Shown: positions 9,091 to 19,024, numbered from the stretch's first letter. The stretch: 62,771 bases of DNA from Candidatus Acetothermia bacterium (GCA_022683945.1 JAJHSH010000005.1:1-62771); one strand, 5' to 3'. Numbers and translations are program-made. Notes: generated by a model from the sequence alone, not told the origin.

Positions 9091-9163
9091 GATGAGTCAC
9101 CTCAACACAAGCATAAAGAGAAACAAAATTATTTGCAACTGAGTCTCAAGCCACTCGAATTTT

Positions 9164-9613
9164 CTAAGCGTCGAAGAGAAAGACCAAATCTTGCTTGAAT
9201 CCCACCAAGCCGCGCAGCTTCGCCAGCACTTCGGGATCGTGTTGCCATAGCCCGCGCACCCTGTCTCTGTGCAAGACCCAGACGACGCTCTCTTCTAATG
9301 CCTGCGCGCAATAGACTCGTCCCAACATCCCCTGTTCGAAGAGAAGCTCACCGAAAAACTCCCCCGGCCCTAGCTCTACAGTCCCTACTCCCTTCACGGA
9401 GATCTCTATGCGCCCACGCTGCACCCAGTAGATCGCGCTGGGCGCGTCTTGTTCGTCGTGGATCACGGTGTGAGACCTATAGCGTGCCAGCTCGGAAAGC
9501 TCTTCTATCCAGCTGAAAAAGCGATCACCGCGCGCTACGGCTTCTACGTCGGGTCGAAAGGCCGGCGCCGGCTGCAATAACGCTACGCCCTCGTTCTGGT
9601 TGTCCATAATCAA
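9164..9613 (-). CDS. stand-alone cyclic-nucleotide-binding-domain protein
   Basis: IYWVQRGRIEI...LGPGEFFGE...AQALEES pattern; no HTH. Confidence 0.7.
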   Translation of the reverse strand: MIMDNQNEGVALLQPAPAFRPDVEAVARGDRFFSWIEELSELARYRSHTVIHDEQDAPSAIYWVQRGRIEISVKGVGTVELGPGEFFGELLFEQGMLGRVYCAQALEESVVWVLHRDRVRGLWQHDPEVLAKLRGLVGFKQDLVFLFDA

Positions 9614-9687
9614 GAGCAGTTTAAGAATTACAGTGACTCAGCCCAAGGTTGATCGTCTACTGGCTAAGAGTCATCCGTCTCTCGCGG

Positions 9688-11490
9688 CTAGGACTTCTTG
9701 GCGCTCAAGAGATAAAAGAGGCGCTGCGCGATCTCCGATGGCAACAGCTCTCTCAGCTCTTCCAACGTCGCGTGGCGCAGCTTCTGAAATGAGCCAAAGT
9801 GCTCGAGCAGCTGCGCTTTGCGCTTGGGCCCCAAGCCCGAAAGCTCGTCAAGCGCCGAATGCAGAAACGCTCTCCGTCGCAGCAGACGATGATAGCTCAA
9901 CGCGAACCGATGCGCTTCGTCGCGCACGCGTTGCAAGAGCTGCAATGCTGGACTTTCTCGAGAGAGCACAATGGGAGATGAACGTCCTTCAATGAAGAGA
10001 TGCTCGAATTCTTTAGCAATAGCTACAGTTACAATCTCTGATAATTTTAATTCGCGCATCACGGCGCGTGCGGCGCTGAGCTGTCCCTTCCCTCCGTCTA
10101 TGAGAACCAAATCGGGCATCGGGAGAAATCTCTCGTCACCGGCGAGCCCCCGTGCCAAACGTCGGCGCAAGACCTCGGCCATCATCGCGAAGTCGTCTAT
10201 CTGTTCTACGGTCTCGATCTTGAATCGTCGGTAGGCCGACTTCAACGGCCTGCCCTTCCAGAAGACGACCATCGAGCCGACGGCCTGACGACCGTGCAAA
10301 TTGGAAATATCAAACGCTTCGATGCGCTGAGGTGCTGAACTTAGTGCTAAGAGGCTCTGCAAGTCTGCAAGCGCCGCGCGCTCGCGGCCGTCGCCTGTGT
10401 GCTGAGGCGTGCGCAGGGCCAAGGCGGCGTTGTGAGCGACAGACTCTATGAGTCTCTTGAGCGCTCCGCGCTCCGGCACCCGTAGCGTTACCGATCCGCC
10501 GCGACGCTCCTCCAGCCGACGCGCTAGAGTCTCGGCGTCCTCTAAAGGCGCAGCGAGCACGATCTCTTTGGGTATAGTGCTCTTTTGATAGTATTCTTTC
10601 ACAAAAGCCGTTAGGACCTCGCTGCCCGACGAGTGGGGCGGAGCTTCGAGCAAGAAGCCCTCGCGCCCACAGAGCCGGCCTCCGCGCACGAAGAAGACTT
10701 GCACAGAAGCTATCTGCGCCTTCTCGTCCAGCGCATAGGCGATGAGATCGCGCTCGACCGGGCGGGGACTGAGCCCTGTTTGCTCTTCTTGAAGGCGCTC
10801 GATCGCTTGAATCTGATCGCGCAGATGCGCCGCGCGTTCGAATTCCAAGCGCTCGGAAGCTATCTTCATCTGAGTGTGCAGCTCTTGGAGAAGCTCGTCG
10901 CGTCGCCCGCGCAAGAAGAGCGCGGCGCTCTCAACGAGCTCAGCATAGTCTGCCAGAGAGATCGCCGCCACACAAGGTCCATCGCAAAGCCCGATATGAT
11001 GATCCAAGCAGGGTCGCCGCCGCACCGGCGGACGCTCGATCTCCAGTGTGCATGTGCGAAGGCGAAAGACCTTCTGAAGGAGTTTGATCGTCTCGCGGGC
11101 GGACTCGCCGCTCAGATAAGGCCCGAAATATCTCGCGCCATCGCGCTCGCGGCGACGCGCGAGTTCTATTCTGGGGAAAGGCTCGTTGGTGAGTTTGATA
11201 TACGGGTACTGTTTATCGTCTTTGAGACGAATATTAAATTGGGGCTTGTGTCTCTTAATAAGCGTCTCTTCTAATAAGAGCGCTGCGCGCTCGTCTGGCG
11301 TCACGATATAATCAAAATCAGATGCTTCTTGCATCAAGCGTTGTGTCTTGGGATCTGAGGATGTTTGAAAATACGAGCGCACGCGCTCGCGCAAGAGAGA
11401 AGCTTTCCCTACGTAGAGAACAGCGCCCTGAGCGTCCTTGAAGAGATAGACGCCCGGCGCAGCGGGAAGGAGCGCGAGCTTCTCTTGCAT
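9688..11490 (-). CDS. uvrC: excinuclease ABC subunit C
   Basis: PGVYLF..YVGKA GIY-YIG domain, FERAAHLRDQI, RIEAFDISN, LIDGGKGQL and RDEAHRFA. Confidence 0.97.
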   Translation of the reverse strand: MQEKLALLPAAPGVYLFKDAQGAVLYVGKASLLRERVRSYFQTSSDPKTQRLMQEASDFDYIVTPDERAALLLEETLIKRHKPQFNIRLKDDKQYPYIKLTNEPFPRIELARRRERDGARYFGPYLSGESARETIKLLQKVFRLRTCTLEIERPPVRRRPCLDHHIGLCDGPCVAAISLADYAELVESAALFLRGRRDELLQELHTQMKIASERLEFERAAHLRDQIQAIERLQEEQTGLSPRPVERDLIAYALDEKAQIASVQVFFVRGGRLCGREGFLLEAPPHSSGSEVLTAFVKEYYQKSTIPKEIVLAAPLEDAETLARRLEERRGGSVTLRVPERGALKRLIESVAHNAALALRTPQHTGDGRERAALADLQSLLALSSAPQRIEAFDISNLHGRQAVGSMVVFWKGRPLKSAYRRFKIETVEQIDDFAMMAEVLRRRLARGLAGDERFLPMPDLVLIDGGKGQLSAARAVMRELKLSEIVTVAIAKEFEHLFIEGRSSPIVLSRESPALQLLQRVRDEAHRFALSYHRLLRRRAFLHSALDELSGLGPKRKAQLLEHFGSFQKLRHATLEELRELLPSEIAQRLFYLLSAKKS

Positions 11491-11562
11491 ACCCTGTTAT
11501 TGTAGCACGCCGGAAAAATCTTGCTATAATCTGCGCACGATGTGACCCGCTTCAAGGAGGCC

Positions 11563-12930
11563 ATGATGACCCTAAAACCAGACTGGACCGCACTGGGACA
11601 AGAGACAACCCAGATGCTCTCTGAACTTCTGCAGATAGACACGACCAACCCCCCCGGCGATGAGTACAAAGCGATTGAGTATTTACAGAAAAAATTACAA
11701 AAAGAGAAGATCGAAACTGAAATTCTAGCCAAAGAACCCAAGCGCGCCAATCTCATCGCGCGCCTCAAAGGCAAGCGCCCCGGCCAGAGATTGCTGCTGC
11801 TCTCGCACGTGGACGTCGTCCCCGTGGCTGATCCCAAACGCTGGAAGTATCCCCCGTTCAGCGGCGCGATCGCCGAAGGCTGCGTCTGGGGCCGTGGCGC
11901 TTTAGATATGAAGTGCATGACGGCGCTGGAGTTTATGGTCATGGCGCTCTTTCAGCGCGCCAAGCTCGACTTTGCCGGAGAGCTTATTTTAGTCGCTGCG
12001 GCTGACGAAGAGAAGGGTTCAGTGTACGGTGCGGAGTGGCTCTGCAAGACCTATCCCGATAAGCTGCGCGCCGATTGGGCGCTCAACGAAGGCGGCGGGC
12101 TCCCCGTGCAGATCGGAAATAAGATTTTTTATACGATCAATAGCATCGAAAAAGGGCTCTGGTGGTTCAAAGTCCGCGTGAAGGGCAGCTCCGGGCACGG
12201 CTCTATCCCCCATGCGAATAACGCTCTGTCGAAGTCTGCTTATATTATAGACAGAACAGCGCGTTATAAATTCCCGAAGAAGATCGCGCCCGCCGTGCGC
12301 GAGTTCATTTTAAGAGCCGGAGAAGCCCTCGGCCCAGAGATGCACAAGCTCGCGCTCGTTTTAGTAGACGAGACCAAAGAGCTTGATCTCCCCCAATTCC
12401 CACCGAATTCGCCCGTCAGCGCCCAGCTCTTGAACGCCCTCGTGCGCACGACTATCTCTCCTACGATGATCCACGCCGGCGTCAAAGAGAACGTCATCCC
12501 TGATAGCTGCGAGTTCGTGCTAGACTGCCGTCTCGTCCCCGGGTACACGCGCGAGCGCGTCCAAGAGACGCTTCTAGAGTTAGCGGGGGAGTATAAAAAC
12601 GACTTGGAGATCGAAACGATCAACGCTCACGACGTCTCCGGCTCTCCTATAGACGACCGATTTTATAAACTGATCGAAGAGACGATCCGTGCAGAAGTTC
12701 CGGGAGCGGGAACGATCCCGCTGATGCTGACCGGAGCGACCGACTCGCGATTTGTGCGGGAGCTGGGAGTCAAGGCCTACGGATTCTGTCCGATGTCCAC
12801 AAAGATGAATCTCGCGGACCGCGAGAGATTGATTCACAACGACAACGAACGCATTGACGTAGAGAGTCTGGAGCTGGGTGTGCGGGTGCTGGCGAAGATC
12901 GCAATGAAGGCACTCGATGCCAAACTATAG
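11563..12930 (+). CDS. M20 family metallopeptidase/amidohydrolase
   Basis: SHVDVVP, GRGALDMK, DEE, NEGG, GHGS and HNDNE motifs. An AGGAGG SD precedes 11563. Confidence 0.9.
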   Translation: MMTLKPDWTALGQETTQMLSELLQIDTTNPPGDEYKAIEYLQKKLQKEKIETEILAKEPKRANLIARLKGKRPGQRLLLLSHVDVVPVADPKRWKYPPFSGAIAEGCVWGRGALDMKCMTALEFMVMALFQRAKLDFAGELILVAAADEEKGSVYGAEWLCKTYPDKLRADWALNEGGGLPVQIGNKIFYTINSIEKGLWWFKVRVKGSSGHGSIPHANNALSKSAYIIDRTARYKFPKKIAPAVREFILRAGEALGPEMHKLALVLVDETKELDLPQFPPNSPVSAQLLNALVRTTISPTMIHAGVKENVIPDSCEFVLDCRLVPGYTRERVQETLLELAGEYKNDLEIETINAHDVSGSPIDDRFYKLIEETIRAEVPGAGTIPLMLTGATDSRFVRELGVKAYGFCPMSTKMNLADRERLIHNDNERIDVESLELGVRVLAKIAMKALDAKL

Positions 12931-12968
12931 GGGCAAAGCATCTCGCTTCGAAAATGCTTTGCCCCTAC
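12928..12968. repeat. GTAG-type REP-like palindrome (family C)
   Basis: TAGGGGCAAAGCAT...ATGCTTTGCCCCTAC between convergent genes; may also act as a terminator. Confidence 0.6.
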
Positions 12969-12972
12969 TCTG

Positions 12973-13179
12973 TTACTTTAGAGGAACGACGTTTTTGGCG
13001 CGGAGGCCCTTGGGATCGTTCTCGATCTCGAACTCGACGGCCTGTCCTTCGCGCAGCGTCTTAAAGCCTTCGGCCTTGATGGCCGAAAAATGCACGAAGA
13101 CGTCCGGGCCGCCGTTGTCCTGAGCGATAAAGCCAAAGCCCTTGGACTCGTTGAACCACTTGACTTTGCCCGTCGCCAT
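12973..13179 (-). CDS. csp: cold-shock protein
   Basis: [18 protein letters not shown]...VFVHFSAI; GAGGAGG SD. Confidence 0.97.
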   Translation of the reverse strand: MATGKVKWFNESKGFGFIAQDNGGPDVFVHFSAIKAEGFKTLREGQAVEFEIENDPKGLRAKNVVPLK

Positions 13180-13310
13180 ACGGAAATCCCTCCTCTGGCC
13201 TATATTTGCTGCTCGACGGCAACGACCTGCCTTGGGAAGGATCTCTTCTTCGGCAACGTCATTGGTCCGAGCGATCACACTCTGGTGCCACATAGAGTGC
13301 AGTCTTTGGG

Positions 13311-13339
13311 AGTATAACGCCCAGATTCTCTCTTGTCAA
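13311..13339 (-). promoter_or_regulatory. sigma70-type promoter of csp, giving a ~125-nt 5' UTR
   Basis: TTGACA-N17-TATACT on the minus strand. Confidence 0.75.
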
Positions 13340-13411
13340 GGGCATGGGTTTGCTTTTTCAGGGCTGGGTGCTAAAATCTCAGGACGCTGTTCTAGATGGA
13401 GGGTTGAGACC

Positions 13412-14371
13412 GTGAAACGAAGTGCGCTTCTGTTACTGGTTCTGTTGGTTCTCTTTAGTTTGGTAAGTGCGCAAGAGATGGGCAAGTGGTTCAAGCGGGC
13501 ACCTCTCACCGTGCCGCGCGGCGAGGTCGCCGTCACAGAAGTCTTGGGCAAGATCTACGTCATCGGCGGCTTCGACGGAGATAGAAGAAGCAGCAGCGTT
13601 GTAGAAGTCTACGATACGACTCCAGATCAATGGACGCAGATTGCGCCCTTGCCCCGTGGACTCAATCACCCGATGGCCGCTGGAGCCAACGGGAAGCTCT
13701 ATGTGGTGGGCGGCTACTTAGGGCCGGGCTTGGGCAATGCTACGGATGCCCTGTGGGAGTATGATCCGGCTGCGCAGCGTTGGGTCGAGAGAGCCGCGAT
13801 GCCGACGGCGCGGGGTGCTGGTGCGGCTGTGGCCATCGGAGAGAAGATCTATGTCGTGGGAGGTGCACGCGCGGGGCTCTCCGTTAGCGACTTCGCTGTC
13901 TATGATCCCCAAGCGAACCGCTGGACGACACTGCCCACTCTGCCCACAGCGCGAGACCATATCGCTGCTGGAGCTCACAGAACGAAGATCTATGTTGCTG
14001 GGGGCCGCCCGCCCTTCGCTGGGGGGCTCAATATACTCGAAGTCTTTGATCTAGAGACCCAGCGCTGGGCGGCGCTCGCGCCGATGCCGACCGGGCGTTC
14101 GGGGATCGCCGGGGTGGTTGTGAAGGGCTGCTTCTATGTCTTTGGCGGCGAGGGCAATCGCCAGAGTCTCACGGGGGTTTACGAACAGAACGAAGTCTAC
14201 GATCCCAAATCGAATAAATGGGAGTCGCAGTCGCCTATGCCCACACCCCGCCACGGGATCGGTGCCGCCGTCTGGGAGAATAAAATCTACATCCCCGGTG
14301 GCGCTACGCTCCAAGGCTTCAGCACCAGCAGCGCCCATGAAGTCTATGAACCAGCCAAGAACTGTGAATGA
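13412..14371 (+). CDS. secreted Kelch-repeat beta-propeller protein
   Basis: GTG start after GGAGGG, a signal peptide, and six KIYV.GG...VEVYD....W repeats. Confidence 0.88.
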   Translation: MKRSALLLLVLLVLFSLVSAQEMGKWFKRAPLTVPRGEVAVTEVLGKIYVIGGFDGDRRSSSVVEVYDTTPDQWTQIAPLPRGLNHPMAAGANGKLYVVGGYLGPGLGNATDALWEYDPAAQRWVERAAMPTARGAGAAVAIGEKIYVVGGARAGLSVSDFAVYDPQANRWTTLPTLPTARDHIAAGAHRTKIYVAGGRPPFAGGLNILEVFDLETQRWAALAPMPTGRSGIAGVVVKGCFYVFGGEGNRQSLTGVYEQNEVYDPKSNKWESQSPMPTPRHGIGAAVWENKIYIPGGATLQGFSTSSAHEVYEPAKNCE

Positions 14372-15153
14372 TTCTTATGAAGCCAACAGAACAGAAAGAG
14401 CGGGTTCGGAGCGTCTTTACTCAGTCTGCCGATAGCTATGTCCAGCACAAGGGGGATGCCGACCGGGCCTCTCACGAAGCGATGCTTCGGCTCTCTAGAG
14501 TCCAGCCGAGCGATCGCGTCTTAGATATCGGCTGCGGGCCCGGCTTTGTGACACTGCTCTTCGCCGAGCGCGCACGAGAGGTCATCGGTCTGGATCTGAC
14601 ACCGGCGCTCCTAGAGAGGGCGCGCCAGCGGCAAGAAGAACGCGGCCTCAAGAACGTCCAATTCATAGAAGGCGACGCCGAACGATTGCCCTTCCCTGAC
14701 GGCTCGTTCACCCTCGTTGTCTCCCATAAAGCACTGCATCACTTCGCCAACCCGCAGAGAATACTCGCCGAAGCGTATCGGGTCTTGAAACCCCATGGAC
14801 GGCTCCTCTTGGGAGACACGATCTCCTCCGATGATAGTGTTAAGAGCAACGTGCACAACGAGATCGAGCGCCTGCGCGACCCTTCGCACGTGAAGATGTA
14901 CGGACTCCGTGAGCTCAGAGAGCTAGTATCTTCGGCGGGTTTTCGCGTGACAGAGTGCGAAGTGCTGGAAGACGAGAGGACGTTCGATTGGTGGATGTCG
15001 GTGATCACACCGCCGCCAGAGGTGATCGCCCGCATCCGACAGACACTGTTAGAGAGCCTATCGGATGATAAGACCGGCCTCGCCCCGCGACTCGACGGAG
15101 AGAGGCTCTGGCTCAAGCGGCGCGCTGCAGTGCTAGCCGCTGTAAGACGCTAG
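14368..15153 (+). CDS. class I SAM-dependent methyltransferase (UbiE-like)
   Basis: VLDIGCGPG, GDAERLPFPDGSF and RVLKPHG motifs. Confidence 0.9.
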   Translation: MILMKPTEQKERVRSVFTQSADSYVQHKGDADRASHEAMLRLSRVQPSDRVLDIGCGPGFVTLLFAERAREVIGLDLTPALLERARQRQEERGLKNVQFIEGDAERLPFPDGSFTLVVSHKALHHFANPQRILAEAYRVLKPHGRLLLGDTISSDDSVKSNVHNEIERLRDPSHVKMYGLRELRELVSSAGFRVTECEVLEDERTFDWWMSVITPPPEVIARIRQTLLESLSDDKTGLAPRLDGERLWLKRRAAVLAAVRR

Positions 15154-15160
15154 GGGCCCC

Positions 15161-15820
15161 TTACTTTGATGCTTTCGCTAACGCCTCTTCGATCTTCTGG
15201 CGAAATGTCTCAATGGGGTGAGCGCCGACCAAGAGTTGGCCATTAATAATAAAGCTTGGCGTCCCGGTGACGCCCGCGTCGCGTCCCGCGGCGATGTCTT
15301 CGTCGATTTCGGCTTTATATTTGCTCTGCTCCAAGCACGCGTTAAATTTCTCTGCGTCAAGCCCCAGCTGAGTGGCCAGTTCTTTGAGCTTAGAGCGCAT
15401 GAGTTGGCCGCCTGCGGCCACCGTTTGGAAGAGCTGATCGTGATACTCCCAAAAGCGTTCCTGCTCATGGGCGCATTCAGACGCTTCAGCCGCCCAGCGC
15501 GACTCAACCCCTAAGAACGCAAAATTTCTAAAGAGATAGCGCACTTTGCCCGTGTTTATATATTCAGTCACGAGCACGGGAAGCGTGCGCGCGAAGTGTC
15601 GCACGCAGAAGCCGCACTTGAAATCGGCGAATTCGATAATCGTCACGGGAGCATCAGCTGAACCTTTGAATGGCTCATCCAAAAAGACTGGGCTTGCCGG
15701 AGGAGGAACCATCGGTTTAGTAATGGGTGATTCGGGTTTGGGCTGGAACCAAAGATAAGCCACGAGAAAGCCCGCCGCCACGGCCGCTAGAACTAAAAGC
15801 CATAACCAAAGATCGCGCAT
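15161..15820 (-). CDS. DsbA/BdbD-like thiol-disulfide oxidoreductase
   Basis: N-terminal anchor, EFADFKCGFC (CxxC) and GTPSFIING. Confidence 0.92.
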   Translation of the reverse strand: MRDLWLWLLVLAAVAAGFLVAYLWFQPKPESPITKPMVPPPASPVFLDEPFKGSADAPVTIIEFADFKCGFCVRHFARTLPVLVTEYINTGKVRYLFRNFAFLGVESRWAAEASECAHEQERFWEYHDQLFQTVAAGGQLMRSKLKELATQLGLDAEKFNACLEQSKYKAEIDEDIAAGRDAGVTGTPSFIINGQLLVGAHPIETFRQKIEEALAKASK

Positions 15821-15842
15821 GATCTATCTCTCTCCTTCAAAC

Positions 15843-17012
15843 TCAAGACAGACGTTGCACAGCAAGCGAGAGGCCGTTGCCCCCGCCCATACAGATCGTC
15901 ACCAGACCCAGTTTAGCGTTGCGGTCTTGCATGGTCCAGAGGAGCGTCGTCAAGATGCGCGCACCGCTCGCTCCAATGGGATGTCCCAGCGCCACTGCCC
16001 CGCCGTTGACGTTCACGCGCGACCAGTCCCATTCTAGTTCTTTGCCGTCGGCCAGCGCTTGTGAAGCAAACGCTTCGTTGATCTCGATCAGATCAAAGTC
16101 GCTGATTTTTAGTTTGAGTTTGCCCAGCAGCTTGCGCGTGGATTCAATGGGAGCATAAAAGAGATCTAGGGGGGCAGTGCCCGCAGCGGCGTAATCTAAG
16201 ATCTTGGCCAACGGCTTGTAGCCACGCTTTTTCGCTTCATCGGCGGACATAATGAAGAGCGCTGCTGCGCCATCGTTAAGTCCCGGCGCGTTTCCAGCCG
16301 TGACCGTTCCACCCTCTTTGAACGCCGGCTTGAGCTTGGCTAATCTCTCCAACGACGTATCGGCCCGCGGAGACTCGTCTTGGGTGATCGGCCCGTCTTT
16401 GGCCTCAAGAACAATCAGTTCTTTGGCGAATCTCCCTGATTCAATAGCTTTGATCGCTTTTTGATGGCTCTCATAGGCAAAACGATCTTGGTCGGCTCGA
16501 CTGATCTTGGATTTTTCGGCGGTGTACTCAGCAGCCAGACCCATATGACAATTATCAAAGGGCGACCAGAGGCCGTCATAGATCATGGCGTCAATAAACT
16601 TCTGATCGCCGTACTTAAAGCCCGCGCGCGCCCCTTTGACTAAGAAGGGCGCGTTGCTCATGGACTCCATGCCACCGGCGATCATCGCTTTGGCATCACC
16701 GGCTCTGATGGCTTGCGCAGCCATAATAACTGCTTTGAGTCCCGAGCCGCAGACTTTATTCACCGTTACAGCGGGCACCGTGGGCGAGAGCCCGCCGAAG
16801 ATCATCGCTTGGCGCGCCGGGGCCTGTCCTAAGCCCGCTTGCACGACATTTCCCATGATCACTTCGTCTACGTCGTCGCCCTTGAGCCGATTGCGCTCTT
16901 TGAGGGCACGGATGACCGTTGCGCCCAGCTCCACTGCGCTGAACTGCGAAACCCGTCCTAAGAACCTCCCGATAGGCGTCCGCACCGCATCTACGATGAC
17001 GACCTCTGTCAT
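15843..17012 (-). CDS. acetyl-CoA acetyltransferase (thiolase)
   Basis: RTPIG, NKVCGSG, NEAFA, GHPIGASG and CMGGG motifs; likely start MTEVVIV. Confidence 0.95.
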   Translation of the reverse strand: MTEVVIVDAVRTPIGRFLGRVSQFSAVELGATVIRALKERNRLKGDDVDEVIMGNVVQAGLGQAPARQAMIFGGLSPTVPAVTVNKVCGSGLKAVIMAAQAIRAGDAKAMIAGGMESMSNAPFLVKGARAGFKYGDQKFIDAMIYDGLWSPFDNCHMGLAAEYTAEKSKISRADQDRFAYESHQKAIKAIESGRFAKELIVLEAKDGPITQDESPRADTSLERLAKLKPAFKEGGTVTAGNAPGLNDGAAALFIMSADEAKKRGYKPLAKILDYAAAGTAPLDLFYAPIESTRKLLGKLKLKISDFDLIEINEAFASQALADGKELEWDWSRVNVNGGAVALGHPIGASGARILTTLLWTMQDRNAKLGLVTICMGGGNGLSLAVQRLS

Positions 17013-17074
17013 GATGGGGCTCCCTTCTGCTCCTCTCTCCAGCCCCTCGCTCCCCGATGGAGAGGGCAAGCTGT

Positions 17075-17500
17075 TCACTTGGCATCTGTTGGGTTGATGA
17101 GATAGCTATAAGAGATCTGCGCGCGCGGGCGCAGCGACTGCGAGACCGAACAGTATTTTTCCAACGAAAGCTCTATCGCTCTCTTGAGTTTCTCTTCGGG
17201 GAGATCTCCCCAGACTCTGTAAACAATATGCACGTTGGTAAAGTAGCGGGGGGGCTCTGGGGCGCGCTCGCCTTCGACTTTCATCTCGAATTTCGTGAAA
17301 ACTATTTGCATCTTTTTGAGAATCGAGACGACGTCCATCCCCGTGCATCCGCCGGTGGCGATGAGCAGCAGCTCTGTGGGCCTTGGCCCGGAGTCTTGGC
17401 CGTTATTGTCTTCAGCAGCGTCCAGAACCACAGCGTGCCCACTGCCGGAGAGGCCGACAAACTGCATTCCGTCTACATAACGCACAGTTGCTTCGTACAT
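17075..17500 (-). CDS. OsmC/YhfA family protein
   Basis: GPRPTELLL...GGCTGMDV and KYCSV motifs. Confidence 0.92.
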   Translation of the reverse strand: MYEATVRYVDGMQFVGLSGSGHAVVLDAAEDNNGQDSGPRPTELLLIATGGCTGMDVVSILKKMQIVFTKFEMKVEGERAPEPPRYFTNVHIVYRVWGDLPEEKLKRAIELSLEKYCSVSQSLRPRAQISYSYLINPTDAK

Positions 17501-17513
17501 GGAAGCCCTTTCT

Positions 17514-17544
17514 GTAGGAGCGAAGCGGCTTGCTTCGTCCCTAC
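17514..17544. repeat. GTAG-type REP-like palindrome (family C)
   Basis: GTAGGAGCGAAGC-GGCTT-GCTTCGTCCCTAC. Confidence 0.6.
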
Positions 17545-17554
17545 TAAATATATT

Positions 17555-17659
17555 TTAAGGATAGCGCTTGGCGCGGCGTGTATGGCGACGCTTCGCGGCC
17601 ATCTTGCGCTTCAGCTTGCGCTGCCACTTGGGACGATAGCGAAAGTTCATCTTGGCCAT
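17555..17659 (-). CDS. 34-aa highly basic small protein (not in ORF track)
   Basis: MAKMNFRYRPKWQRKLKRKMAAKRRHTRRAKRYP*; GAGGAGG SD upstream; 16 of 34 residues are K/R. Confidence 0.75.
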   Translation of the reverse strand: MAKMNFRYRPKWQRKLKRKMAAKRRHTRRAKRYP

Positions 17660-17802
17660 CTTTAAGAACCCTCCTCGAAAGTCGTCATTGAGTAAATTTT
17701 AACAGAAAGCACCGCGCATGGCCAATGACTTCGGTCAGCCTAGCTCTTCTTATTCCGGCTCATCTCTGCTATAATAAACAATGAAGCAGAAGGGAGGTAG
17801 CG

Positions 17803-18066
17803 ATGGCGCTCATCCAAGTCGGACGACACAACGAACTGACGCTTCCCAAGGGCATGATCGAAGCCTTGCGCATCAAGCCCGGAGATTGGCTCAACGTGGA
17901 GTTGTTAGAGAGCAAGATCGTTTTAGCACCTGCCGTCGGAGAGCTTATGGGAGAGTGGTCTGAGGAAGAGCTGCGCGCGGTACACAAGTATCTCAACAGC
18001 GAAGAGACGCGGAAGACGGCGCACACGAAAGCAACAGAAGAGGGACTAGAAGAAGTGAATCGTTAG
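17803..18066 (+). CDS. AbrB/MazE-type DNA-binding protein
   Basis: QVGRHNELTLPK.MIEALRIKPGD; GGGAGG SD; TGCTATAAT upstream. Confidence 0.8.
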   Translation: MALIQVGRHNELTLPKGMIEALRIKPGDWLNVELLESKIVLAPAVGELMGEWSEEELRAVHKYLNSEETRKTAHTKATEEGLEEVNR

Positions 18067-18085
18067 CAATAAATAACGATACAAG

Positions 18086-19024
18086 ATGATCATTAACCTC
18101 GCTTATATAGCCTTTGCTCTTATCCTTCTCTTTGTTGGAGCCGAGAGTCTTGTGAGAGGCAGCGCATCACTCGCCCTCCGAGCCGGGCTTAGTCGCCTGA
18201 TGGTGGGCCTTACCATTGTTGCGTTCGGAACCAGTTTTCCGGAGTTGGTGGTAAGCGTCAAGGCGGCTCTGTCGCAGCATGGTGATATCTCTGTCGGGAA
18301 CGTGGTCGGCTCGAATTCCTTTAACATCGGCATCATTCTCGGCCTCACGGCACTGGTCTGCCCGATCCCGGTTCATTTGCAAGTCATCAAAATAGACGCG
18401 CCGATTGCCTTGGGAGTGGCCCTTCTGTTGCCTTTATTTCTACTTGACCAGAGCCTTGGTCGTGTCGAGGGCTTGGTGCTCTTTGCTGGAATTGTCGCCT
18501 ATACTTGGATGAGTATCGTTCTTGGGCGCAGAGCAGGCGCTGAGGAGCAAAGCTATCTTCCCATGCCATCGGTTTCGCGGCACTGGGGCATCGACGTTGC
18601 CTTTATTGTGGCAGGCTTGGGAGTCCTTGTGCTCGGGTCACGTCTGCTCGTCGATCATTCGGTCATCCTGGCCAAGGCTTGGGGCGTGAGCGAGGCGGTG
18701 ATTGGTCTCACAATTGTGGCTGGCGGAACCAGTATGCCGGAGCTTGCAACGTCCATGGTTGCCGCTCTCCGCAAGCAGCCGGACATAGCCATCGGGAATA
18801 TCGTGGGATCAAACATCTTCAACATTCTTGCGATATTGGGGTTGGCCTCTATGATCTCACCGCTTCACGCACCTGGGATATCGAGCTTGGATTATACTGT
18901 GATGATCGTTTTCACCGTCCTCTTGATCCCCTTGCTTTACACGGGGCGTTTGCTTCACCGGCTCGAAGGAGCCGCACTTCTTGCCCTATACGGCGTTTAT
19001 CTCTTTATTCTTTGGCCCAAGTGA
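18086..19024 (+). CDS. Ca2+/Na+ antiporter (YrbG, CaCA family)
   Basis: Two alpha repeats, GTSFPE..GNVVGSN and GTSMPE..GNIVGSN. Confidence 0.93.
   Translation: MIINLAYIAFALILLFVGAESLVRGSASLALRAGLSRLMVGLTIVAFGTSFPELVVSVKAALSQHGDISVGNVVGSNSFNIGIILGLTALVCPIPVHLQVIKIDAPIALGVALLLPLFLLDQSLGRVEGLVLFAGIVAYTWMSIVLGRRAGAEEQSYLPMPSVSRHWGIDVAFIVAGLGVLVLGSRLLVDHSVILAKAWGVSEAVIGLTIVAGGTSMPELATSMVAALRKQPDIAIGNIVGSNIFNILAILGLASMISPLHAPGISSLDYTVMIVFTVLLIPLLYTGRLLHRLEGAALLALYGVYLFILWPK

Noticed and set aside
13142-13411. Long N-terminal extensions of the csp and Kelch ORFs
   Set aside because: The region holds divergent promoters and the csp 5' UTR; SD-supported starts are 13179 and 13412.
17013-17078. N-terminal extension of the thiolase in the ORF track
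   Set aside because: It derives from a degenerate palindrome; family homology starts at MTEVVIV (17012). Translation from 17078, coupled to osmC, cannot be fully excluded.
17781-17963. 60-aa ORF directly after TGCTATAAT
   Set aside because: It overlaps the SD-led AbrB-type gene in another frame and has no recognisable features.
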